Source of the DNA: Schaalia meyeri
GTDB lineage: Bacteria; Actinomycetota; Actinomycetes; Actinomycetales; Actinomycetaceae
NCBI RefSeq assembly: GCF_900105015.1
Contig: NZ_FNLK01000010.1
Span: forward strand, 180,001 to 212,000
Length of the DNA: 32,000 bases
Direction of reading: 5' to 3'
Below, piece after piece: positions 15,838 to 25,388 of the stretch (position 1 is the first letter of the stretch; each line of letters begins with the position of its first letter). The translations under genes and the position numbers were made by a program. The notes beneath the pieces are model-generated. The model was not told where the DNA came from. It saw only the letters and a list, made by a program, of their open reading frames with translations, and did not search any database.

Positions 15838-17162
15838 CATTCGCACCCTTTGCAGTCCCGGAGTACACCGCCGCGGACTTCAGCCAGGACACCTGGTGGA
15901 TCAGCCTGATTAAGGCCGTGTTCATCATCGTCTTTCTGATCGTCAACGTGCTGATCGCCCTGTGGGTCGAACGCCGGGGCCTGGGCCGCATGCAGACCCG
16001 TCCCGGTCCCAACGTGGCCGGTCCTCTCGGACTGTTCCAAGCCTTCGCGGACGCCGGCAAGCTGCTCTTCAAAGAGGACATGTGGACGCGCCGAGCCGAG
16101 CGGTTCCTGTACTTCCTGGCCCCCGCAATCGCCGCCTTCGCCGCCTTCAGCGTCTTCGCCGTCATCCCCATGGGACCGAACGTTACTATCGGCCCTATCT
16201 CCACCCCCCTGCAGCTGGCCGACACCCCCGTCGCCTCCCTGTACATCCTGGCCGTCACGTCGCTGGGCCTGTATGGCATCGTGCTCGGCGGCTGGTCGAC
16301 CCGCTCGACCCTGCCCCTGTACGGCGCCGTCCGTTCCTCAGCGCAGGTCATCTCCTACGAGCTGGCCATGGGGCTGTCCCTGGTGAGCGTCTTCCTCATG
16401 TCGGGCTCCATGTCCACCTCGCGGATCGTCGCCGCGCAGGGACAGTTCTGGTGGGCGTTCACCCTGTTCCCCGCGTTCGTCATCTACTGCATCAGCGCCA
16501 CCGGCGAAGTGAACCGGCTGCCCTTCGACCTGCCCGAGGCTGAAGGCGAGCTGGTCGCCGGTCACATGACCGAGTACTCGTCGATGAAGTTCGGCTGGTA
16601 CTACCTGTCCGAGTACGTCAACATGCTGAACGTGTCCGCGGTGGCGACCACCATGTTCCTGGGCGGTTGGCACGCCCCGTGGCCACTGTCCCACGTCGAG
16701 TTCGTCAACTCCGGCTGGTGGGGCATGCTCTGGTTCTTCCTGAAGATCTGGTTCTTCATGTTCCTGCTGGTCTGGACGCGCGCCACGCTGCTGCGCTTCC
16801 GCTACGACCAGTTCATGAACCTCGGCTGGAAACGACTCATGCCCATCGCGCTCGGCTGGCTCGTTCTGGTCGCCCTGGTGCGCGGCATCACCCAGTTCGT
16901 CCAGGTCACCACCCCCGTCCTGTTCGGCGGGGTCGGCGTCCTCTTCCTCATCGCGCTGGCGTTCATCTGGCTGACCGACAGATCCGAACCGGGGGAGGCG
17001 ACGGCGTCCGAACGCGAATACACGGGCTTCGAGGACGGCTTCCCCGTACCGCCGCTGCCCGGACAGACCCCCGTTGCCTCGCCGCGCGCCGCCGCCAGCA
17101 TCGAGGGCGAGGCGGCCACGGCCACCGAGGCCGACAGCCCGAAGGAGAGCACCGATGAGTGA
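15834..17162 (+). CDS. nuoH: NADH-quinone oxidoreductase subunit H
   Basis: A polytopic membrane protein with [32 protein letters not shown] overlap with nuoG. It has an acidic ~62-aa C-terminal tail. Confidence 0.93.
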   Translation: MTFAPFAVPEYTAADFSQDTWWISLIKAVFIIVFLIVNVLIALWVERRGLGRMQTRPGPNVAGPLGLFQAFADAGKLLFKEDMWTRRAERFLYFLAPAIAAFAAFSVFAVIPMGPNVTIGPISTPLQLADTPVASLYILAVTSLGLYGIVLGGWSTRSTLPLYGAVRSSAQVISYELAMGLSLVSVFLMSGSMSTSRIVAAQGQFWWAFTLFPAFVIYCISATGEVNRLPFDLPEAEGELVAGHMTEYSSMKFGWYYLSEYVNMLNVSAVATTMFLGGWHAPWPLSHVEFVNSGWWGMLWFFLKIWFFMFLLVWTRATLLRFRYDQFMNLGWKRLMPIALGWLVLVALVRGITQFVQVTTPVLFGGVGVLFLIALAFIWLTDRSEPGEATASEREYTGFEDGFPVPPLPGQTPVASPRAAASIEGEAATATEADSPKESTDE

Positions 17163-17808
17163 GAAGAACACCGACGAGGAAATGCTCTTCGAGCACGACC
17201 CCAAGGGGGCGCTCGCCCAGTTCGTGGCGCCCATGGCCGGCTACGGAGTCACCCTGTCCTCCTTCTTCCGGTCCACGGTCACCGAGCAGTACCCGCGCGA
17301 GCGCGCGCGCGTCATGCCTCGTTTCCACGGACGCCACCAGCTGAACCGCTACGACGACGGCCTGGAAAAATGCGTCGGCTGCGAGCTGTGCGCGTGGGCG
17401 TGCCCCGCCGACGCCATCTTCGTTGAGGCCGCGTCCAACACCCCCGACCGGCAGTACTCGGCGGGCGAACGCTACGGCCGGGTCTACCAGATCAACTACC
17501 TGCGCTGTATATTCTGTGGCATGTGCATTGAGGCGTGCCCCACGCGCGCCCTGACGATGACGAACGACTTCGAGATCGCCAAGTACACCCGCGAGGATGA
17601 CATCTATGAGAAGGAAGACCTGCTGGCTCCCCTCTCCGACGGAATGCTCGCGGCGCCACACCCCATGGTTGAGGGAAAGAACGACATCGACTACTACCGC
17701 GGGGAAGTCACCGGCCCCACCGCCACCCAAGTCGACTGGGTCGCGGCCCGCCGCCCCGACGACCCCTCCCTCAAGACGGTAAGAGTCGCGCAGGAGGCAC
17801 ATTCATGA
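17155..17808 (+). CDS. nuoI: NADH-quinone oxidoreductase subunit I
   Basis: Internal ATG 17155 overlaps the nuoH end by 8 nt. Two 4Fe-4S ferredoxin motifs are present, [12 protein letters not shown] and [12 protein letters not shown]. The ORF-track start 17074 lies inside nuoH and encodes Arg/Pro junk. Confidence 0.92.
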   Translation: MSEKNTDEEMLFEHDPKGALAQFVAPMAGYGVTLSSFFRSTVTEQYPRERARVMPRFHGRHQLNRYDDGLEKCVGCELCAWACPADAIFVEAASNTPDRQYSAGERYGRVYQINYLRCIFCGMCIEACPTRALTMTNDFEIAKYTREDDIYEKEDLLAPLSDGMLAAPHPMVEGKNDIDYYRGEVTGPTATQVDWVAARRPDDPSLKTVRVAQEAHS

Positions 17809-18782
17809 ACATGTCCAACGGCTGGCCCATGATGGGGTCGGTGGGCGAGATCATCCTCTTCGTGTGCGCGGCCATCGTCATGATCGTCTGCGCCCTGGGG
17901 GTCCTCTTCTGCAAGAAGGCCGCGCACGCGGCCATCTGCATGGTCGGCGTCATGCTGGGCCTGGCCGTCCTGTACCTCGCCAACAACGCGCCCTTCCTGG
18001 GCGTCGCGCAGGTCGTCGTGTACACGGGCGCGATCATGATGCTCTTCCTCTTCGTCATCATGCTCATTGGCATCGGAAACACCGACGACTACGCGCGCCA
18101 GAGCCACGGAGCGATCATCGCGGCCACCGCCGGCGGGGCCGGGATGATCCTCATCGTGACGACGGCTGTTCTCAAGTCGGTGCCCGCCACGCATTCGCCG
18201 AGCAACGCCGACCCCTACTCCGATCAGCCCATCACCGACCTGGCGATTCTGCTCTTCCAGGAACACTGGCTGAGCATGGAGCTGGCCGGTGGGCTGCTCA
18301 TCATCGCCGCTGTGGGCGCGATGCTGCTGACCCACTCCGACCGCCTGGTCGCCAAGGCGACTCAGGCCGAGACCGCGCGCAACAAGATGCGCGCCTTTAA
18401 GGAGAAGGGCGCTCGCATCGGCCAGCTTCCCGCCCCCGGCGTGTACGCCCAGTCCAACGCGGCCGACGTGCCGGCGATCTCCGGCGAAACCCTGGGCCCC
18501 GTTGAGGAATCCGTGCCCCGCGTCCTGCGCGTGCGCGGACTGACCCGCACGATCGGCGAGGTCGCCCCCGAGGTGTCGGCCCAGCTCACCCTGGCCCGCA
18601 CCGAGGCTCCCGCGACTGAGGACGCCGAGGAAGAATCCCCCTACACCATCGGGCGCACGCTCAACGTGGCCCGCTCCGGCTCCTTCGGGATGCCCGGCGC
18701 CCCCGCGCCCACCGGCATGGCCCAGCCCCGGCCTCGCTCCCAGCGCGCCACCACCACCGACCAGAAGGAAGAGAACGAATGA
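17805..18782 (+). CDS. nuoJ: NADH-quinone oxidoreductase subunit J (with a long hydrophilic C-terminal tail)
   Basis: Five TM helices lie in the first ~177 aa (...[20 protein letters not shown]...), followed by ~148 hydrophilic residues. ATGA overlaps at both ends. Confidence 0.9.
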   Translation: MNMSNGWPMMGSVGEIILFVCAAIVMIVCALGVLFCKKAAHAAICMVGVMLGLAVLYLANNAPFLGVAQVVVYTGAIMMLFLFVIMLIGIGNTDDYARQSHGAIIAATAGGAGMILIVTTAVLKSVPATHSPSNADPYSDQPITDLAILLFQEHWLSMELAGGLLIIAAVGAMLLTHSDRLVAKATQAETARNKMRAFKEKGARIGQLPAPGVYAQSNAADVPAISGETLGPVEESVPRVLRVRGLTRTIGEVAPEVSAQLTLARTEAPATEDAEEESPYTIGRTLNVARSGSFGMPGAPAPTGMAQPRPRSQRATTTDQKEENE

Positions 18783-19078
18783 GCCTCGCCTGGTACCTCA
18801 TCCTCGCGGGTGTGCTGTTCGCCATCGGAGCGACCACGGTCCTCGTGCGCCGCAGCGCGGTCATCGCGCTCATGGGTGTCGAAATGATGCTCAACGCCGC
18901 GAACCTCGTCCTCGTGACGTTCTCGCGCATCAATTCCAACATTGACGGACAGATCATGGCGTTCTTCGTCATGGTTGTCGCCGCCGCGGAAGTCGTCGTC
19001 GGCCTGTCGATCATCGTGTCCATCTATCGTTCGCGCTCGACCACGAGCATGGACGACCTCAACCTGTTGAAGAACTGA
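18779..19078 (+). CDS. nuoK: NADH-quinone oxidoreductase subunit K
   Basis: 99 aa with 3 TM helices. Conserved [13 protein letters not shown] and [17 protein letters not shown]. Confidence 0.93.
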   Translation: MSLAWYLILAGVLFAIGATTVLVRRSAVIALMGVEMMLNAANLVLVTFSRINSNIDGQIMAFFVMVVAAAEVVVGLSIIVSIYRSRSTTSMDDLNLLKN

Positions 19079-19093
19079 AGGAGGACGTAACGC

Positions 19094-21070
19094 ATGACCG
19101 CCTTCATTTCCGCACAGGTCCCAGGCGCGGTTGACACGGTTGCCGCCACGGGGATCGCCTCCTACGCGTGGCTGCTCATCCTGATCCCGCTCACCTCAGC
19201 CGGGCTGGCCCTGCTCCTGGGGCGCGCCTGCGACAAGTGGGGCCACCTGCTGGCCACGCTGGCGTCCTGGGCGACGTTCGTCGTCGGCGCGCTCATCGCC
19301 GCCCAGATGTGGAATGCACCCGAGGACGGGCGCCGCTTCGCGCACACCCTGTTCACCTGGATCCCCGCCGGCGAGTTCACGGTGAACTTCGGGCTGCTCG
19401 TCGATCCCCTGTCCATCACCTTCGTGATCCTGGTGACCTTCGTCGGCTCCCTCATCCACGTGTACGCGATTGCCTACATGGCCCACGATTCGGCCCGGCG
19501 CCGCTTCTTTGCCTACCTGAACTTTTTCATCGCGGCGATGCTGACCCTGGTGCTGGCCGACTCCTACGCCGGCCTGTTTGCCGGGTGGGAAGGCGTGGGC
19601 CTGGCGTCCTACCTGCTCATCGGATTTTGGAACCATGTGCCCGCCAACGCGGTGGCAGCCAAGAAGGCATTCGTCATGAACCGCATCGGCGATATGGGCA
19701 TGCTCATCGCCATGATGGCCATGGTCGCGTCCTTTCAGTCCGTGTCCTTCTCGGACGTGAGCTCCCGGGTCGGCGCGATCCCCACCTCCGCAGCGACCAT
19801 CATCGGGTTCTTCCTGCTGGTCGCCGCCTGCGGCAAGTCCGCGCAGTTCCCGCTGCAGGCGTGGCTGGGTGACGCCATGGCTGGCCCGACCCCCGTGTCC
19901 GCCCTGATTCACGCGGCCACGATGGTCACCGCCGGCGTCTACCTGATCGTCCGCTCCGGCGCGGTCTTTAGCGCCGCCCCCGTGGCCGCGACCGCGGTCG
20001 CCGTCGTCGGCGCGATCACCCTGCTGTTCGGGGCGATCGTGGGCTGCGCCAAGGACGACATAAAGAAGGTGCTGGCCGCCTCCACCATGAGCCAGATCGG
20101 CTACATGATGCTGGGCGCGGGCCTGGGCCCTATCGGGTGGGCGTTCTCGATCTTCCATCTCTTTACCCACGGCTTCTTCAAGGCCCTCATGTTCCTGGGC
20201 GCGGGCTCCGTCATGCACGGCATGGGCGACCAGGTGAACATGCGCCGGTTCGGCGCCCTGCGCGGCGTCATGAAGGTCACGTGGCTGACCTTCATGATGG
20301 GCTGGCTCGCGATCCTCGGCGTCCCGCCCCTGTCCGGCTACTGGTCGAAGGATCGGATCATCGAAGCCGCGTTTGGAGCCCACCAATTCGGAGCTAGCGA
20401 GGCTCCGTGGATCGGGTGGGTGTACGGCCTGGTTGCGCTGGTCGGCGCCGGCGTGACCGCGTTCTACATGTCCCGTCTCTTCTTCATGACCTTCCACGGA
20501 AAGGCCCGCTGGACCACCGAGGCCGAGGGCGCCCCCGTGCACCCGCACGAGTCCGGCCCCCTCATGACGGTTCCGATGATCATCCTGGCGCTCGGCGCCG
20601 TCCTCCTCGGCGGCGCACTGTCCATGGGCGACGCCTTCGTCAACTGGCTGGCCCCCGCGATCGGCCGCGCCCAGCACGGCGAGCCCGTCCTGAACGAGTA
20701 CGTGATCCAGGGGGCCACCCTGGCCCTGGTCATCGCCGGCGCTCTCATCGCGTGGATGAAGTACGGGCGCGACGAAGTACCCGCCTCCGTTCCCGCCGGA
20801 AACATCCTGGTAGAGGCCGCTCGGCGCGACCTCTACCAGGATAGGGCCAACGAAGCCCTGTTCATGATGCCCTCCAAGGGGCTCGTCACCGTCGCGACCG
20901 TCGGCGACGCGAGCGCTATCGACGGCGCGCTCACCGGCCTCGGGCGCGGCTCGCAGCTGCTCGGACGCGCCGTTGGCCTCACCCAGAATGGCCTCGTGCG
21001 CACGTACGCCGCCTACATCCTGGGCGGTGTCATCCTGGCCCTGGCCATCGTCCTCGGATTCAGGCTCTAA
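19094..21070 (+). CDS. nuoL: NADH-quinone oxidoreductase subunit L
   Basis: A 658-aa antiporter-like subunit with WEGVGLASYLLIGFW, GKSAQFPLQAWLGDAMAGPTPVSALIHAATMVTAGVYL and a long C-terminal lateral-helix region. Confidence 0.93.
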   Translation: MTAFISAQVPGAVDTVAATGIASYAWLLILIPLTSAGLALLLGRACDKWGHLLATLASWATFVVGALIAAQMWNAPEDGRRFAHTLFTWIPAGEFTVNFGLLVDPLSITFVILVTFVGSLIHVYAIAYMAHDSARRRFFAYLNFFIAAMLTLVLADSYAGLFAGWEGVGLASYLLIGFWNHVPANAVAAKKAFVMNRIGDMGMLIAMMAMVASFQSVSFSDVSSRVGAIPTSAATIIGFFLLVAACGKSAQFPLQAWLGDAMAGPTPVSALIHAATMVTAGVYLIVRSGAVFSAAPVAATAVAVVGAITLLFGAIVGCAKDDIKKVLAASTMSQIGYMMLGAGLGPIGWAFSIFHLFTHGFFKALMFLGAGSVMHGMGDQVNMRRFGALRGVMKVTWLTFMMGWLAILGVPPLSGYWSKDRIIEAAFGAHQFGASEAPWIGWVYGLVALVGAGVTAFYMSRLFFMTFHGKARWTTEAEGAPVHPHESGPLMTVPMIILALGAVLLGGALSMGDAFVNWLAPAIGRAQHGEPVLNEYVIQGATLALVIAGALIAWMKYGRDEVPASVPAGNILVEAARRDLYQDRANEALFMMPSKGLVTVATVGDASAIDGALTGLGRGSQLLGRAVGLTQNGLVRTYAAYILGGVILALAIVLGFRL

Positions 21071-21083
21071 GGGACATACGACA

Positions 21084-22643
21084 ATGGAAAGTGCAATGGT
21101 TGATGCTAACTTCCCGTGGCTGTCCGTCCTCGTGGCAGTTCCGGCCGCGGGCGCGGCCCTCCTCGGCCTGGTCCCGCCCCTGAGGCGCGCCGCCGGGCGC
21201 ATGGTCGCCCTGGCCGTCGCCCTCGTCGAGCTCGCGCTCGGCATCGTCGTGGCCGTCACCGCCTTCGACTGGTCCGCCCCGGCCTCGTACCAGGTGTACG
21301 AGACCCACGCGTGGATCCCCCAGATGGGCATCAGCTGGTCCCTGGGCGTGACCTCCCTGGGCCTGGTTATGATCCTGTTGGCCCTGGGGCTCGTGCCGCT
21401 CGTGCTCGTCGCGGGATGGAACGAGGACGAGGCATCGGATCGCGGCGCGTACCCCGCCCTGGTCCTTGCCCTCCAGGCGTTCATGGTCGTCATCTTCGCG
21501 GCCTACGACCTGGCGGTCTTCTACTTCGCCTTCGAAGCGATGCTGGTGCCGCTCTACGTCATGATCGGCCGCCACGGCGTCGGCCAGGAGAGCGCGCGCC
21601 ACAAGGCGGCAATGAAGTTCCTGCTGTACTCGCTGTTTGGCGGCCTCGTCATGCTGGGCGGAATCCTGTTCCTCTGGGCGATTGGCTCGCGGTCCGCCTC
21701 GGATGTCTCGACGTTCTTCCGCCTGGATTCGCTGGCCCAGGTGCTGCCGAATACCGCCCCCGCCGTGCAGATGGTCGTCTTTTGGACCTTCCTGGTCGCC
21801 TTCGCCATCAAGGCGCCCATGGTTCCCGTCCACACGTGGCTGCCCGACACTGCCGCGGCCGCGCGCCCCGGCACCTCCGTGCTGCTGGTCGGCGTGCTGG
21901 ACAAGATCGGTACCTTCGGGATGATCACGCTGTGCCTGCAACTGACCCCCGGCGCCGCCGCGTCCGCAAAGTGGGCGGTGTGCGTCCTCGCCGTCATTTC
22001 GATCCTGTGGGGAGGCCTGTCGGCCAACGGCCAGAGCGACATCATGCGCCTGGTGTCCTACACGTCCGTATCGCACTTCGGTTTCATGGTCCTGGGCATC
22101 TTCATCGGGTCACACCTGGCCCTGGTCGGCGCCATGTTCTACATGGTTGCCCACGGGGTTTCGATCGCCGCGATGTTCCTCCTGTCCGGCTGGCTCTCGC
22201 GTCGCGGCGGATCGCAGGACATGCGCGAGTACGTTGGCATGCAAAGGGTCACGCCCGTCCTGTCTGGCCTGTGGCTGATCTCTGGCCTGGCGTCAATCGC
22301 GCTGCCCGGATTGTCCGGTTTCGTCCCCGAGTACCTGGTACTCATGGGGACCTGGAAGGTGAGCGCGCCGCTGGCGCTCTTCGCGGTCCTCGGCGTCGTC
22401 ATCGCCGCCATGTACGTCCTCATGCCCTACCAGCGCGTCTTCACGGGCGCGCCCGGCAAAGGAAAGGAAGACCTGGCGGACCTGTGTACCCGCGAACGCT
22501 GCGTCATGACGCCCCTCGTGATCGCGATGCTCGTCCTCGGTATCTGGTCGGCGCCCCTGGTCGGCGCGCTGACCCCGGTTGCTTCAGACCTCGACCTGGA
22601 CACAGCGCCGGTCCCGGCCGCCGCTGAAGGGAGCGCACAGTGA
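21084..22643 (+). CDS. nuoM: NADH-quinone oxidoreductase subunit M
   Basis: Internal ATG 21084 (MESAMVDANFPWLSVLV...) lies 13 nt after the nuoL stop, with AAGGGA upstream. An antiporter-like subunit with FAIKAPMVPVHTWLPD. The ORF-track start 20973 lies inside nuoL. Confidence 0.9.
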   Translation: MESAMVDANFPWLSVLVAVPAAGAALLGLVPPLRRAAGRMVALAVALVELALGIVVAVTAFDWSAPASYQVYETHAWIPQMGISWSLGVTSLGLVMILLALGLVPLVLVAGWNEDEASDRGAYPALVLALQAFMVVIFAAYDLAVFYFAFEAMLVPLYVMIGRHGVGQESARHKAAMKFLLYSLFGGLVMLGGILFLWAIGSRSASDVSTFFRLDSLAQVLPNTAPAVQMVVFWTFLVAFAIKAPMVPVHTWLPDTAAAARPGTSVLLVGVLDKIGTFGMITLCLQLTPGAAASAKWAVCVLAVISILWGGLSANGQSDIMRLVSYTSVSHFGFMVLGIFIGSHLALVGAMFYMVAHGVSIAAMFLLSGWLSRRGGSQDMREYVGMQRVTPVLSGLWLISGLASIALPGLSGFVPEYLVLMGTWKVSAPLALFAVLGVVIAAMYVLMPYQRVFTGAPGKGKEDLADLCTRERCVMTPLVIAMLVLGIWSAPLVGALTPVASDLDLDTAPVPAAAEGSAQ

Positions 22644-24208
22644 ACGTCCTGCCCATGGCTAACTTCCAGGCCCCCGAGGTTCACTGGCTGAGCCTCGCTC
22701 CCATCATCATTATGCTGGGGGGCGCGGTCCTGGGAATCCTCGTCGAGGCATTCGCCCCCGCGAAGGCTCGCCGCCCCATCGTGATCGCCCTGGCCATCGC
22801 GGCCACCTGCGGCGCGGGTGCCGTGCTGGCCCTGCGCTGGTCTGCCGTCGTGGCCGCCCCGGCCTCGCTGGGGGAGTACATCGAGGATCCGCTGACCGTT
22901 GCGGCGCAGTCGATTCTGGCGGTCATCGGCCTCGTCGCGGTGCTGGCGATGGCCGACCGCACGAGCGCCGGTGACGGCGCGTTCGCCGGTCAGCCGTCGG
23001 ATCGTCCCGATTCGGCGGCCGAGGAACTGACGCAGCGCCACGGCCACCAGCGTTCCGAGATGTTCCCGCTGACCCTGTTCTCCCTCGGCGGCATGATGAT
23101 CTTCCCCGCGGCGGACAACTTCGTCACGTTGTTCGTGGCCCTTGAACTCATGTCGCTGCCCCTGTACATCATGGCCGCAACCGCGCGTCGCCGCCGCCAG
23201 CTGTCCTACGAGGCGGCGCTGAAGTATTTCGTGCTGGGCGCGTTTTCCTCCGGCTTCATGCTGATGGGCACGGCCTTCCTCTTCGGCTTCTCGAACTCGC
23301 TGCGCATCTCCGCGCTGGGGCGCGCCATCTCGACGAATACCGACATGGACTGGATGGTTCTCATCGGCGTGTTGAGCGTGATGGTTGGACTGCTCTTTAA
23401 GGTGGGGGCCGCCCCCTTCCACGCGTGGACCCCGGACGTTTACACGGGCGCCCCGACCCCGGTGACGGGCTTCATGGCCGCGGCCGTCAAGATCGCCGCG
23501 TTCGCTACGATGGCTCGCTTTTACCAGGCAGTCGCCGCGTACCTGCAGTGGGATTTCCTGTACGTTTTCGCCGCCGTCGCGGTCGGCACCATCCTGGTCG
23601 GAACCTTCGCGGGCCTGGTTCAAAAAGACGTGAAACGCATGCTGGCGTACTCGTCGATCGCGCACGCGGGCTTCATCCTGATGGGTATTCTCGCGATCCA
23701 AAAGGGCGGCACGGGGCACGTGCTGTTTTACACGCTGGCTTACGCGCTGGCGACGGTCGGAGCCTTTAGCGTGGTCGCCCTGGTGCGCGGCCGCGACGGT
23801 GACGGCAACGTCCTCGGTGAGGCAACGAGCCTGCGCAAGTGGGCGGGAATCGGCCGCACGAACCCGTGCATCGCGGCCTCGATGCTAGTCTTCCTGCTGT
23901 CCTTTGCCGGCATCCCGCTGACGGCCGGTTTCGTCTCCAAGTTCGTGGTCTTCTCGGACGCCATCGCGGGCGGCATCGGTTGGCTCGCGATCGTGGGCCT
24001 GGCTGCCTCGGCGATCACGGCGTTCTACTATTTCCGTCTGGTGCGCCTGATGTTCTTCACCGCCCCCGGCGAGGACTCCGTGGTGGTCAGGTCGCAGGGC
24101 CTGTCGGCTCTGGCCATCATCGTGAGTGCCCTGGGCACGGTTGCGCTGGGCGTGTTCCCCGGTCCCGTGTTGAGCCTCCTGGAAAAGATCGTCATACTGA
24201 TTCCGTGA
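22640..24208 (+). CDS. nuoN: NADH-quinone oxidoreductase subunit N
   Basis: GTG start in a GTGA overlap with nuoM. A 522-aa antiporter-like subunit with FKVGAAPFHAWTPDVYTGAPTPVTGFM. Confidence 0.92.
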   Translation: MNVLPMANFQAPEVHWLSLAPIIIMLGGAVLGILVEAFAPAKARRPIVIALAIAATCGAGAVLALRWSAVVAAPASLGEYIEDPLTVAAQSILAVIGLVAVLAMADRTSAGDGAFAGQPSDRPDSAAEELTQRHGHQRSEMFPLTLFSLGGMMIFPAADNFVTLFVALELMSLPLYIMAATARRRRQLSYEAALKYFVLGAFSSGFMLMGTAFLFGFSNSLRISALGRAISTNTDMDWMVLIGVLSVMVGLLFKVGAAPFHAWTPDVYTGAPTPVTGFMAAAVKIAAFATMARFYQAVAAYLQWDFLYVFAAVAVGTILVGTFAGLVQKDVKRMLAYSSIAHAGFILMGILAIQKGGTGHVLFYTLAYALATVGAFSVVALVRGRDGDGNVLGEATSLRKWAGIGRTNPCIAASMLVFLLSFAGIPLTAGFVSKFVVFSDAIAGGIGWLAIVGLAASAITAFYYFRLVRLMFFTAPGEDSVVVRSQGLSALAIIVSALGTVALGVFPGPVLSLLEKIVILIP

Positions 24209-25218
24209 ACGTCCAAACACCCGATCTTCATGTTCCCGACCTTGAGCTCCGTATTACGCCGGGGCTTGAGGCCGTTGAGCGCCGTCTCCTCGACTCGGTC
24301 TCCTCGTCCCGCGACTTGATGGATGAGCTGACGCGCCATCTGGCGGTCGCGGGCGGCAAGCGGATGCGTCCGCTGCTGACGCTCGTGTGCGCGCAGCTGG
24401 GGGATCCCGAGCGCGCGTTGGACGACAAGGTGCTGACGGCTGCGACGGCGGTCGAGCTGACGCACCTGGCGTCGCTGTACCACGACGACGTCATGGATTC
24501 CGCGCCGACCCGTCGCGGGGTGCCCTCCGCTCAGCGCCTCTGGGGCAACAACCGGGCGATCCTGGCCGGCGACATCCTGTTCGCGCGCGCATCCTTGTTG
24601 ATCGCGTCCCTGGGTTCCCAGATGGTGGATCACCACGCGCGCACCTTCGAGCGCCTGTGCGAGGGCCAGCTGAATGAAACCTTCGGTCCGACGCCGGGTG
24701 CGGACCACGTGGACTTCTACCTGCAGGTGCTGGCGGATAAGACCGGTTCGCTCGTGTCGGCGGCCGCCTCGTTTGGTGCCCTGCTGGCTGGCGCGAGCGA
24801 GTCGGTCGGTGACATCGTGAGCGACTTTGGCGAGAAGGTGGGCGTTGCCTTCCAGATCGCGGACGACGTGTTGGACTTGGCCTCCTCGGGCGAGCAATCG
24901 GGTAAGACCCCCGGCACGGATCTGCGCGAGGGCGTGGATACGCTGCCCGTTTTGCTGTTGCGTCGCCGCGAGGCGAGCGGAGCGATCGACCCGGCCGGGG
25001 CGCGTATCCTGCGTGACCTGGCGGGCGACCTGTCCTCCGATGAGGCGCTCGCCGACGTGGTTGAGCAGCTGCGCGCGCACGACGTCGTGGAGGAGACTCG
25101 CGAGCTGGCGCGCGCGTGGGCGCGCGATGCGGTCCAGGCGCTGGAGGACCTGCCCGAGGGCGAGGCCAGGACGGCGCTCGTGTCGTTCGCGAACCTGATG
25201 GTGGATCGCCTGGTCTGA
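24205..25218 (+). CDS. Polyprenyl diphosphate synthase (trans-isoprenyl diphosphate synthase; menaquinone side-chain synthase candidate)
   Basis: Internal GTG 24205 forms a GTGA overlap with the nuoN stop. Both Asp-rich motifs are present, LYHDDVMDS and FQIADDVLD, along with GKRMRPLL and GKTPGTDLREG. The ORF-track start 23839 lies inside nuoN. Confidence 0.88.
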   Translation: MNVQTPDLHVPDLELRITPGLEAVERRLLDSVSSSRDLMDELTRHLAVAGGKRMRPLLTLVCAQLGDPERALDDKVLTAATAVELTHLASLYHDDVMDSAPTRRGVPSAQRLWGNNRAILAGDILFARASLLIASLGSQMVDHHARTFERLCEGQLNETFGPTPGADHVDFYLQVLADKTGSLVSAAASFGALLAGASESVGDIVSDFGEKVGVAFQIADDVLDLASSGEQSGKTPGTDLREGVDTLPVLLLRRREASGAIDPAGARILRDLAGDLSSDEALADVVEQLRAHDVVEETRELARAWARDAVQALEDLPEGEARTALVSFANLMVDRLV

Positions 25219-25305
25219 CGGTGCACGCGAGGCCGGGGCCGACAGGCCACCGCGCACACCGGCCTCACCCGAAGAGAAGACCCTTGAGGTGTGCGGGGGG
25301 TCTCA

Positions 25306-25338
25306 GGTAAGGTTACCCTCGGCCTCGGGCGCTAGACT
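25306..25338 (+). promoter_or_regulatory. Candidate promoter region for the ferredoxin-NADP reductase gene: a palindrome GGTAA-GG-TTACC next to a TAGACT -10-like hexamer
   Basis: GGTAAGGTTACC lies at 25306-25317 and TAGACT at 25333-25338, about 50 nt upstream of the proposed TTG start. The call rests on pattern match only. Confidence 0.25.
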
Positions 25339-25388
25339 CGGTGCCCAGGTGCGCGCACTCGCGCTTTGTCGAAGTAAGGAGAACTTGG

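Noticed and set aside
19196-21493. Very long antisense or alternate-frame ORFs opposite conserved genes. Examples are the 765-aa ORF opposite nuoL/M, plus 1630..3372-, 9850..11283-, 11768..13114-, 14118..15713-, 14398..15846-, 22427..23719- and 24028..25257-
   Set aside because: Each lies opposite a gene with unmistakable conserved motifs and has Arg/Gly/Pro/His-rich low-complexity translation. Long open antisense frames are an expected artefact of high GC3 coding sequence.
25229-25266. A hairpin after the polyprenyl synthase gene as a strong terminator
   Set aside because: The 8-bp stem GAGGCCGG/CCGGCCTC encloses a 22-nt loop and has no U-tract. It is too weak to call. Termination before the reductase gene remains unresolved.
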